A stretch of DNA of 63,999 nt, the filler included, from Sphacelaria rigidula (Eukaryota): the NCBI GenBank assembly GCA_964200075.2. It is 3 parts of 3 records of this genome, joined end to end, with 100 filler letters (N's around TTAATTAATTAA, not from the genome) between each part and the next. Parts side by side here need not be neighbours in the genome. Positions count along the whole stretch, not along the records: positions 42,828 to 63,999 come from CAXNAA020000458.1; 2 more parts are not named here. One strand, written 5' to 3'. Below the pieces are notes generated by a model. The model saw only the letters and a list, made by a program, of their open reading frames with translations, was not told the DNA's origin and made no database searches. This document shows, one piece after another, positions 49,143 to 61,200 of this stretch (its first letter is position 1; every line of letters begins with the position of its first letter). The translations under genes and the position numbers were made by a program.

Positions 49143-52100
49143 CTCACATGGCATCGAATGTCCTGGAGCTAGCAGCGACGACATTTTTTTATTCCACAGC
49201 GACGAGGACGACGACGATGGGCGAGTTGCGCAAAGTCCTGCAAAGCGAAAGCGTGATAGTGTCGGCAGTGCCCGTGGCGGAGGTAAAAAAAAGGTGGCCA
49301 AAGGTGGAGGTGCCCAGCCCAGTTCTTGTGCTAACACCGGTGCGCGGGTCAACTCGGTAGGCGGTATCAAGAGCAGCAGTGCTACGCGAAGAAAATCCCG
49401 GACCGGTGCCGTCAGGCGAGTCGCTGCCAAGGCCACCCCCGTAGCCGTCGAAGACCACAGATTTCACTCGAATGATCGCAAGCCCCGTGTGTCGCCAGCG
49501 GAAGCTGCACAGCTTGTTACAATTGCCACGGAAGCGATTCGCAAGTCTCACGTAATCTTCGGCTCTGGTGCTGGCTCTCGCAGGGGGGGAAATGTTGCTG
49601 CTGATGGTGATGGCGCGGACGAGGCGATGGACACAGCCGGTGCCGAAAATGGAGATGCAGGTGATGTTTTCACGCCGAGCCGACTCGCAGCCGCAGCTGA
49701 AACTCCGGCGACAGCCACTGTCCAGCCTGTCGCTTCTTCTGCGTCCCGACCACCTCGGCGCAGAACTCCTGTTCGTGCTGCGGTCACCGGCGCCGCGGCG
49801 GCGGTAGCGTCGCCTGTCCAAGCAACGGAAACAGCAGCAGTGGCACCTCGGGAGGAAAGGGTTAGTTGGCCGTTACTGTGGTCGTTTCTCAGGGACGAGG
49901 AAGGATGGTCGAGCGCGGCGGGCGAAGGTGTGTTGAATTTTACATATACGATGCCGGCCCAAGGTGAGGGACACCCCGCCAGGACTTTCACGACGACACC
50001 TGAAGCGACCAATTACGTGAAGGGAATCAGCGACCTCTTGGCGCGCTTTCGGGTGTACGAGGCAAGAGGGAAGGCGGAAAAAAGTGGTGTCGGCGGCGGC
50101 AGTGTTGTCCGTGGGAGGAGTTCCTCCAGGCGTAACGCGTCAAGGTTCAGGGCAACCCGCAACGGTGGCGGCGCTGGCGTGGGTGTTGCTGCTCCTAACG
50201 AGGCCGACGCTAACACAGACGAAGTACGTGGAAATGTCTCTCGAGATGTTAACCGTGCTAGCAACTGTGGTCGAAGTGTCCCTCAGAACAGTGATTCTTC
50301 TGCGCCTCAGATGACGGCGAGTTTTGGCGGTAGTTCCCCCGAGGGAAGAGCAATTTCTTTTAGTGAAGCCGACGCTATCGCCGACAAGGAAAATCGAGAT
50401 GCTCCTGGAAATGGCAACAACGATAGCGAAAAAGATGCAGACGCTCCTCGGAAGAAGGATGTTAGCGCCGACGGTACCTCCAACGAAGTACATCGAGATG
50501 ACAACGATGATAACGCACGAGGTGGAGATGGCCCTCGGAAGAACGATGCTAGGGCCGGCGTTTCCCAAGGCACCGGCGAACAGCCCAACGGGCCCGGAGC
50601 GACGGAAGAGGTGAGAACTTCAACCGAGACGCCTCTTTCTGACGCTGAAAGGTGGGCCAAGGCCAAGGTGATCATGAATAGGGAAGGGTGGACGTGTGTG
50701 AACGGAAAAGGGCTGGTGCAAAACATGTGGCTGAAGAAGGGTGTGAAGAAGAAGACTGCAGCGTGGGGCACGAACTGCTTTCTTTCTGAGCTGGAGGTGC
50801 TGCGGCACTTGGGGCTCGCCCCAGCGGAAAAGGTGCCGTCTCCTGATCTAGGTGAGGCACGTATTGAACCCTGGGCACTCTCAAAACACAGGGGGATCCG
50901 ACCCCGAAGGAACTCTGCGGGCAACGCCCAACCGGCGAAGATGGAAACGCAAGTAGTCAATCGGCCAAAAGAGCGCCCCTGTGAGCAACCGCAGAAGAAA
51001 ACACGAGATGGCTCGAAGATCAAGCGTACCCCGCGGAAACAGCAAGCAAAACCACGCAAGAAGCGAGTGGGGGCGCTGGCGAAAGCGCAGCCGGCGGCGG
51101 AAGTAGAAGCGGAGAATACACACGGTGAAGGTATCGACAGAGATTTGATAGAATCTGATGATATTATTCACAACCCACTCCAGAGTGATGATGATGGGCA
51201 CGCGAAGCACGAAACGCAAGGGCAGCATGAGCTGCATTTGGCGTCGGCGGAGGCAAAGGCACAGGATGGCTCCAAGACCGAGGATGGCTCCAAGACCAAG
51301 CGTACCGCCCGCAAACAGCAAGCGAAACCACGCAAGAAGCGAGGGGGGGCGCTGGCGAAAGCCGCGCCGCCGTCGGAAGTGGAAGCGAAGAGTACGCACG
51401 GTGAAGATGTGAACGGAGAATTCGGAGAACCTGATGATATCATGCACAACCTGCCCCAGAGTGATGGCGATGGGCACGCGAAGCATAAAACGCAAGGGCA
51501 GCATGAGCTGCAGTTGGCGTTCGCGGAGACAAGGGCACAGGATGGCTCCGAGACCAAGGATGGCTCCAAGACCAAGCGTACCACCCGCAAACAGCAAGCA
51601 AAATCACGCAAGAAGCGAGGGGGGGCGCTGACGAAAGCCGCGCCGCCGTCGGAAGTGGAAGCGAAGAGTACGCAAAGTGAAGATGTGAATAGAGAGGAAT
51701 TGAGGGAAACTAAGGATACCATTCACAACCTACCCCAGAGTGATGGTGATGGGCACGCGGAGCGCGGAACGCAAGGACAGCATGAGTTGCAGCTGTTGTC
51801 GGCGCAGAGGAAGGCACAAGATGCCCCCAAGACCAAGCGTACCGCCCGCAACCAGCAAGCAAAACCACGCAAGAAGCGAGGGGAGGTGCTGGCGCAAGAG
51901 GCCGCACCGCTGGAAGTGGAAGCGACAAGAACGCAAGGTGAAGACGTGAATGGAGGGAAATTGAGGAAACCTAACGATATCATTCACAACCTACCCCAGA
52001 GTGATGACGATGGGCACGCGGAGCACGAAACGCAGGGGCAGCATGAGCTGCAGTTGGCGATGAGCGTGGCGCAGTTTCAAGGGAGGGGCGCCGTCGCCAT

Positions 52101-53586
52101 TTCCCCGCCGGACGCTCCAGCGCATTTGTCGCCATACGTACCCGCGGGTGATACTCGGTATTACCGGGACAGAGGCGGTGGTACCTCGCCGAGGATTCCC
52201 AGCGAAAAGTCTGGCGGTGACGATGCTAGCCGCGATGGGGACGGGGTTGAAGGTGGTGGCCACAGCACTAATGCGATTGTGTTGGGAACAGCGCTTAACC
52301 CGCGCGGTCTGCTCACAGCATCGAGTGGCCCATTGAGTGGTATGGGTGTAATCCTGACCGGTTTGCGCAGCGACACGTGCGACCTAGTTGCCGCTCTGGG
52401 TGGGACCGTGATAGTTTTTCCGCCCAAAAAAGGCGCCAATCACCTCGATTGGTTTTCTGACGGTGTTGGGGCTGGTGGTGCTGGCGACGCCGGGAGCTCG
52501 GGCGCGGTTACACTGAAAGTCGACCGCCGGCGAGTTCTTGCCGTGGCCGCGCCGGAGAGCTACAGGACGTGCAAATTCGCCTTCGCGGTGGCCGCCGGAG
52601 TTGACATCGTGCATGTGAAATACCTTGACCACATAAAGGGATCACGCCCATACTCCCCAGCAGACACTGCCAACTATCTGTTACCGATCGGGCGGTCTGC
52701 CTTAATCAACCGCGAGCTCATCATTCCCCACTCCTCGAACTTCGGTCGGAGACAGGGCTCTGAACCCGTCTACGGTGGTGGTGGTAGTCATGGCGACGTT
52801 TGCTCAGCCGGAGGGCGTCCTTTCCAGGGGAAGAACGTGCTGCTGCTGCTTGGTGAGCGGCAGCGCCCGCCGCCCAGCTGGGAGATGATTTTGTGGGTGG
52901 CGGGAGCTAGGGTGGCGACGATCGACAAGGATGGTGATCATCTGGGCGGAAGTCTCAGCGATATCCGTGTGCTTGATAAGGTGCAATACGTCAAAGACCG
53001 CATGGTTGACTACCATTTCTTCATCAATCTCGATGAGAATGTCACAAACGAAACGAGAAAAAGGCCCGCGATGGAGTTGCCCTGGGCCGCGCACAAGGCC
53101 GGCGTGCGGCAAGGCAGCATGGAGTGGGCGGCGCAGTGCATCGCGCACGGGCGAGACCTTCCGTCCGACCGGGATACGTGTCCGTGGTTTTGCGTGGAAA
53201 AAGTGTCGCTCAGCGGTGCGGCGCCTGGTGGTGTCGAGGGTACCGCCAGGAACTCCGCTGAAGAGAACGTTTTCTATTGCTTGACAACTGGCGGCCGCAT
53301 GCGATACGTGGCGGGCGACTACGTGTTTGTCCACAAGCCGCACGGAGCGACAAAGGTGGTGGCGCGCCTGGAATCTTTCGAGCGCACGAATGATCGCGTG
53401 ACGGCGGTGGTTACGGAGATGAAGGAACAATCGGGCAACATGCTATCGGACGGAGGGGTGACGCAGCGGGTGGAAGAAGCGTGGCTCGGCAGGAAAGTGG
53501 TGCTGATTGCCGACAGCACATTTGGTGCCTTGTACAACAATTCCGACCCCTCAGTTTTTTGTAAGTTTGTCGAAGCCGATGAGTAG
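49143..53586 (+). CDS. 53BP1/Crb2/Rad9-type tandem-BRCT protein with C-terminal BAH-like domain, giant last exon
   Basis: 1487-codon ORF. BRCT1 LSGMGVILTG...RTCKFAFAVAAGVDIVHVKYL, linker NYLLPIG and BRCT2 PFQGKNVLLL...WEMILWVAGA...EWAAQCIAHG parallel the 53BP1 motifs RTRKY, YLLPAG, PFQNLKVLLV, WSEILMTGGA and EWVIQCL. The ORF then continues RYVAGDYVFV...VVARLESF. Confidence 0.85.
51007..52058 (+). repeat. Coding tandem repeat, 4 units (spacing 276, 276, 261 nt)
   Basis: Units start at 51007, 51283, 51559 and 51820: DGSKTKRT.RKQQAKPRKKRGGAL...DIIHNLPQSD.DGHA.H.TQGQHELQL. Confidence 0.95.
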
Positions 53587-54558
53587 AATGCCTTGTGCAA
53601 GGCATCGTGATTTGACGTTTGCATTTTGTTTCCCGTACCGCAGCCGGCGATGGGAGGCGGCGGCCACACAAAAAGGTTCACCGAACACGCGATCGAGTGT
53701 GCTTCTGCCACCCGCACAGCGAGCAGGGACCTCTCTCGCCTTGGGGTAGTGTTCGCTTCGCGACCGCAACATGGGAATGTGCCAAATAAGTCAACTATGA
53801 GGATAGGTTTGAGTTTGATCGCGACGGTTCATTCAGATGTATAGGGTGGGGCGGGTGAGGGGCCGGGGGGGGGCGCGGACTGCTTTCGACGTCTTTTACT
53901 TTCTTTGCGTGGCGAGTAGTTCATGTATTTTTGGCAGTATTTGGATTGTTGGCCGATGTGTACAGTTGTATTCACAGTGGCCTTTTCGTATTCGAGCAGT
54001 GTGTTTCGTTTGCCGAGCACAGGGAACGCCACATTTATCGCTTGCCGCATGCAACGACGGCTCCAGTCTCTCGTGCCAACATACTGTTGCATCTTTGAGG
54101 TATATTATACATACATGGATGCGTTCGCCAGCACTGGTGCGAAAAATTGTGCCAATAGCCCTGTATAGATCATGAGTCGCTTGGCTGCATGTATATATCG
54201 CTGTGGCTGTTCATTGCCCTCTCTCCTGTTTTTGCGTTAGTATTGCACAGTAGTACCCAGGAGAACAATCTACAAAGAGTGCCTTGAGTCGTTTACCGGG
54301 CACAACTACTGTTCTCGGGCACCCTACGGGCGGCGATGGTGGCGCCGAATAGATTCAACATCGTTGCGCTGTTCCCGAATTCTCGCGCTTTGTTTTTCAT
54401 GTTTACGAGACAACCATGTCCGAATCAAGCCTTATTTTTAGCAACCGTGTCCATAATCAAGTACCTCACACGGTGCGTAAGACCAGAACTGAGACATTGC
54501 ATCGTGCGGCCCTCCGATCTTTGATATTTGCTGTACTGGCGACCTACCCTCAGATTGG

Positions 54559-54561
54559 ATG

Positions 54562-54594
<33 letters not shown>
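54559..54594. repeat. (GT)n microsatellite
   Basis: Near-perfect GT run. Confidence 0.9.
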
Positions 54595-57183
54595 TTTGTG
54601 AAATCGTGATGATTCATACCGCTCGATCTATACATATATAGTGTATATATATGCTCGCAAGGGGTGTCACTGTTGTTGTTGTTGTTGTTGCTGGTGGTGG
54701 TGGTATAGGTTTGTCTTCAGGTGCAGTTTTCTCCGCCTTTCGTGATGGTTTAGTGCCGGGGTGAGCAGTCACTAGTATCTTCGCCTATCTTGGGACTCTG
54801 TTGAAGCAGTACGTTGTGGCGCTTTTTCGTTTGGGATTTTCGCCTCCTTTTTTTTTTTTTATTTGCCGGTATGGCAGGTCCGCTGTACTCCACACCTTTC
54901 AATATCATTTTTTTGTGTACAAATGAAAAAAACACAATACGTCGGTGGGCCGGGGAGAGGGCATCGCCATGCGACAGTTACTCGAATATAAACTTGTTGT
55001 ACACTTTGGAAACAACAGTGCGCCGGTCGTTGCGGTGTATGGCGGTTGTTTTGTTGCGGAACATGATGGGCGTTTTGATGTGACGTGGTAGCTCGATGTC
55101 GAACAAAAATGGGGAGATGCGCAGGTGGGAGCTTATGACACAAGTAGGGAGGCTTTTTTCACGTGACCGGCGTTTGATCTCTCTCTCTCGCCTTGATGTT
55201 CCTGAATCGGTTCGAAGGCGGATTTGTGCAATTTTCAGGCTCGCCCTTCGTCTCGAAGATAAGCATGTACGGATTTTCTAGGGGGAGCTGAGTCATGAAT
55301 TTTGTGGTTCCGGCCGGGGTGGATCTGCCGAACCGGCTCGTCATCTCAGGAGCCCATTATCGGTGTAAAACTCGCCTTTTCGGGACAGCAGGTCCCGTTT
55401 CGGAAGGAAGGAAGGGATGCCGGTTCAATGGCGTTTGTTGCAGTTGAGCAAAGTTACTTTACATTTCTGGATATCTTGCGCGTGTCCAGTAGATTGCACA
55501 CGGCCATGTGGGAGTGCCGTCTGATTAGAAGATATGGGTCGTATGTGCATTTTCTCACTATTATCGCCTGGTTCAGAGATGATGCTGTGAAAACTTGCTC
55601 TACACACATGAGAAGCCTTTGTCAGTAGAGCGTAGAAGTGACGTCTTGGTTTTACAAAGGCGTTGATATTGGTATATTTCGCATGTACAGTACATGTTTA
55701 CCGTTGTCATACTAGAGTTGACGTCGGAGAAAATTTCTGCCCTGTTGCCGGACTGATGCCGGAGACGTGAGAGGCATTTATTTGGTCGTGGTGAAATTTC
55801 TGTTGGCGTTGAACAATCAAAAACTGTGTCTTGTTTCGCCCATGGCAGAGCGAGAACAAAGGCAAATGAACCATCAAATACATTCGCGAGAAGTGGAGCC
55901 CGCAGTTTTTCCAGCCTTGGTCGACTGGCTGACGTAATCCATGCAGTGGTTGACGTAATCCATGGATACAGCACCACATGTTGGCGGAGGGAATTCGAAC
56001 CTGGATGACGTCACCCGCGAAGGGGGTTCGGTCAATCAGGGATTTTGGAGGTATGAAAGAAACTTGTCGGAAACCCAGTCACGACCGATGCGAACCAAAG
56101 TGACAACGATACGCGGAGTGTTTCCATGATCGAAAACAGAACATGGGCACACCGATCGGTTGAACAGCCGAGGCTTTGTCTCTGCTGAGAGTGTATATAG
56201 TAGACAAACTTTGAACAAAATGTTTTCGATTGGAAGCGATTTTTTCAGCTTTTTTGGTTACCACCACTCATCACAATCCTCGTTTGATCCCAAACTTTGG
56301 GAATCGCGAGACATGAGCACCCGACACAACTTTCGAGAAAAAAATGTAATCCACGACCACTTTTGGACGAGTTGTGGGCTCACCGATCTCTGGCGGTTCT
56401 ACGAGTGTACAGCCCCCGAATCTCGCCCTTCGATATTTTTTCTGGACCGAACCGATCCTGATCTTTATAATGAACAAGTCCATGCCTTCGGTTTTTCATT
56501 TTCTCGGCATTCGTTGCGCTACAGCCGTAAAACCGTTTTTTCGGGCCATATACGACCAATAACACCCTCGATAAACGGGGTTTCATTTTGTATCGCTCCG
56601 ACAACAAGAAAAAAAATGGGAAGGTGTGCCCTGAGGACGACCTGCTTCTTTTTCCAACGCCTACCCACTCTCAAATTCTGGAGTGAAGGTGACGAATCGT
56701 CCGTGAAAAAAATCCCGATTGACTGAATACCATACCTGAAGTTTGACCGCTGCATCGCAGGTTCATTGACGATGGCGACGATGACCATGATATGAGTCTA
56801 TTTTTCTTGTAGAATGGATCTCATGGGTCTCTTGTCCGGATCTGAAACCTTGGCAACTAACCATGATGAATGAACGCCAAGTCCATGACAGTCCGCGAAG
56901 GAATAAGATGATGGAGAGGTGCCTGTACTCGCGGGAAACGATAGCCGCATTTCTCGTATTGAAGAACGTTTTGGTGTAAAGAATCGATCAGTCGACCACG
57001 TTATACTCGCGGCTGCTGAGCGACGTAGTCTCTCACTAACCTTTTTGACAGCGAGGGTGGGTCGTCTGTTCCATCGGCATCATTTTGACTCGGAACAATG
57101 AGTAGGAGCTAGATGACCCACCCTGGCGATGTCAAAGCGCTGGTACACGGAGTCTGTCGACTACGCACACACAGCGTTTTGAG

Positions 57184-58219
57184 AAGGCTTTTACGTATTA
57201 TGCTAGTAAGGTCACATTTTTATGCTAGTAATCTCACCAAAAATTATGCTCGTAAAGCGGAATTTACGCCCCGCGGAATTTACGCCCCGATCTATGCTCG
57301 CATTTCCCAAAAATTATGCCCGATTCATGCTCGCAAAGTGGGAGTCATGCTCGCTTATGCTCGTAACATCCGACAAGGGTGCCATTTTCGACCAAAAACA
57401 GACCCACCGATCACTATATGCATGTTATGTACATACGAAACACTTCCTGCCTGCATTAGGACGTTTGAATGCCGTATTTTCTCGTTGTCGTACACGTTGC
57501 ATCACGATAAAAATAAAGGCAAGCACCGCAGAAGGAAGGTGGGGTACCAGAAACAAATAAATAAATAGAAAAAAGTCCCTGTGTTGACCTTCCTCCTGTG
57601 TGACCCCGGCTGGTGCGCCCACATATACCGAAAGGTGTAGACTGGCGCCCAGAATAGATTGGACGACAACACACACACAGACGAGAAGAATAAAGTAGCC
57701 GGAGAAAGTACAGAACCAGAACACACAAAAAAACAAATGGGAAGCCAAGATAAAAAACATATATACGTGAGCTTCCCACCTACCCCCAACATCCCACATC
57801 CAAACGGTTCCGAGATGCCCTTCATCAAAGTTCCTCGAATGCATGCCAAGCAATACTCGTACACTGGTACCCTTTGCTTCGCTTCTTCACAACGGTACTG
57901 CAATGTTTTTCAGACCTGCGATCGATCACACTGGCAGTTTGAATGTCTAGTTCCAGAGCATACACGTATTTCAGACCCGCGGTTGATGACAGCAAAGTTT
58001 TCGCCCAAAATATCACAGCAGGTCAGCATTTAGACCAGTATTACCACCCCTATGGTGAAACAATATGCTCGATTATCCTCCTGACATGAAAAGTATGCTC
58101 GATTATGCTAGTTGCTGAAACGCTATGCCATTTATGCTACTTGCTGAAACGCTATGCTATTTATGCTACCAAGGTGGAATTATGCCAGAAAATATACTAG
58201 CATAATAAGTAAAAGCCTA
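57184..58219. mobile_element. hAT-type MITE with perfect 8-bp TSD and a nested SINE fragment
   Basis: TIRs (a)aggcttttacgtattatgctagta / tactagcataataagtaaaagccta, with gttttgag at both 57176-83 and 58220-27. It has ttatgct subterminal repeats and a SINE tail at 57500-57680. Confidence 0.9.
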
Positions 58220-58292
58220 GTTTTGAGCGGTGTTGAATTCGTGATTCGATACGGATGACGGTGCCCTGGTGACTACCCGGGATGCACGATCA

Positions 58293-61200
58293 TCACCCTC
58301 GGCCGATATGCACCCAAGTATCAGGACGCAACCGCACGGGCACCTCACAATCCCACACGACTCTTCTCGCACCCTCCTCTTCGAAGGGCAAGACACGCCC
58401 AGAATTCGCCACGAAACGGATCGTGCTTTCGCTGCCATCGTTGCTTTCACTGGTGGTACCAGCAGTTTGGGAGGGTAGAAGAAGGGGTGCGATGAGCTTC
58501 CGCGCTTCCTCGAGCCCCGTTTCGTTTGTCACCTGCGTGAGATGCAATGCAGTGGGTGCAGTCTCACAATTAATTCAGGGTGATGTGTTGATGGATTCCC
58601 GCTCCGAATACTTTTTGTGATACCTCTACCAAACAAAGCTTGCTCTCTTTGTGCTGCTCGCGGTCGCCATTTTCGAAATATGATGAAGTGCAGTACCTTT
58701 TAGTTGCCGCCAGAACTTGCACAAGAAAATGCCCGATGCGTACAAAGTATCTGACCTATACCCCGCCGTGGTATGCGTGTTATTTTTTTTGTCCCACACT
58801 ATTACCAGGATACGATCGAAGAAAAGCGAGCAGGTGCATAAAACAGCGACCTGTGGTAAGACCACTGGACACTTGATTTGTTTATTGTTCGCGACCAACA
58901 CTTGTTTTTGGTTTCCCTGGTCGGTGCGAGACACTAACCGTTATGCTTCCGATTATGTTGTCCTTGCGCCCCATTGCAATTGGCACGCTTGTTTCTTGTC
59001 CTGGCGCAAGTCGCACGGAAGGCAAGGCCCCCTGAACAAGGGAACAAATTCAGCAAAGATACCGCATCGAATCATCATTGTGAAGAATGCTGCTGCTGCC
59101 TAATCTGAAGCAAACGCGGTGTCGAGCTAAGCTCCTTCCGCAGCACCCACCTCTCCACCACACGAAACGATTTCATCGAGTAAAACATGGATTCCGTGCG
59201 CGATCAACTTAGCGCGCGGCCATGTGTGGTGCCGGAGGCGGCAAAAACAGCGCCTTTGCACAGGGCGAAGCAAACCGCCACAAATATGTCAGGGCAGAGA
59301 AAGAGAGGGAGAGAGTTATATCCCTGTGTAGGGAATTCACCGTGCTGAAGTTGAGTTTCCGGGGGGTCATCCGTCTTCGTAAGGCTAAAACCTACCCAAT
59401 AAACTATACCAAATGCAGCACCTGTGAGTTCATTCCAGTCAGAACGGACTGCGATGCCTCGTCCGCCCCCTGGATTACACGAGCGCATGCGTCCATTGAC
59501 CTTTTCACCTGAGGCGTCGACAGAACCGATACAGTTAGCACGCCCCATCTCGTGCTGTTGTGGTAGGCGTGCCGATCCATCAAACACTTCCAGACTTGCG
59601 CTTGAGAAATCGAAAATAACATCGTTCGTTCAGGTTGTGTTTGATGCTATAAAAATATAGTCAGGGTTGAGGCAGTGACGCCGCAGGTAGTCATGTCCAC
59701 TGGACAAGCAGAGAGAGCAGCGTACGTCATATTTACCTTTTCAAGCAGCACTCGGATGGATTGTTTTGGCCTTCCCATGGAGTACTCGATCTCCTCCAAC
59801 ACGTCCACGCTCAGATGGTTTCTGTCATATAGAATACACCCAAGCGTGTCGTTCGCCTCGATCGCTTTCGCTACTGTCCTGAACGCGGCATCCGTCCCTC
59901 CGCACTCTGACACATTCAGCTCTAGTAAGGTTCTGGGGTGAAACACACGACATAATAAACGTAGACAGGCAACGTATTCTGATTTTCCTATCCGTTAATA
60001 CCATTTGTGTACTCGCAGTTCTGGGCGGTCGCGCTGCGGCTCAAGTAAACATCTTGCGACAATATGAAGACGTTCATGCGCAAACGCTGGAAAGGTATAA
60101 AAAGACCTCGCTCCGATATTTGTCGGGTTGAGAGGGACTTATGCGTCTCTTGCCGCAAATCATTAGAACGTGCTCCGTTTGTTCGCAACACCTTGGTCTC
60201 CGGCGCAAAGCCAGCATCAGTTGTCGGGCCAATCAGCGCTTCATCGTCGTGGGAGTAAAGACCACCGGGATATATGGACCTTGGCCAAACTGACTGTACA
60301 TTTCTGTTCAGTTACCCATTCATCGACAACTGTATGAGTGTCGGCCGCAGACAGGCTTAATTCATCAACTGTGGACCCGGAAAAAAGCACGGTGTGAAGC
60401 TACGGAAGGGGTGCACAAATATTTTCTGGCGTTAGAATCGTTAGGAGCCCTTTATCTCATCCAAAACACGAGTTATGAAATATGTGAGAGTACGTCAGGA
60501 TTACTATTTCAATACGCTAGGGAGATCCCGAATGAATTTGCAAACGAGGATGCCCTGTCGCATATTCTTGTGCATCTAGAATCGTTGGGAGCCCCTGAAC
60601 CAGACAAGATTCTGCGCAAAAAGTGCACCCCTACCGTGGCATTACTCCACGCAAGTAGATATTAAGAGATATTCTTTATTAACCACACATTGCTCACACA
60701 AAACTGTGTTAACACACACCGATACCAGAGTACTATATCCATCAAAAGTAGAATCAGGTAGACCCCGCCTTGGACGACTGGAGGAGAGGACCAGTGGGCT
60801 AGTGAACTAGTGGACAGATGGACTGATCGTGTTGGGGGAAGTGTTCGCAATGACCACAACAAACTACATAATCACGATCATGTTCCAATACATCGTTACC
60901 GGCTCTTGCTCCAAGATGTAACTCTCTTCATTGCAAGTGCCTACACATACACCCAGAACAAAACGTGGGATCTGAGATCTCTTCTTTCCGATTTGGGAAT
61001 TGACCAATCAATATCGCTCGCCCCCTTTCTTCTCAAAACGCAACGATAGACCATCCCTACCCCGGCCACGATAGACAATCTCCACCCCCCCCCTCTATCC
61101 CCCGTAGAAAAGCAGAAGCACTGCCTGCTTGTCGCCCAAGGATGGGGAATTGGATACCCTCCAACTTGAACAACGCCTGATCATTCTCCCGTTTCCATAT

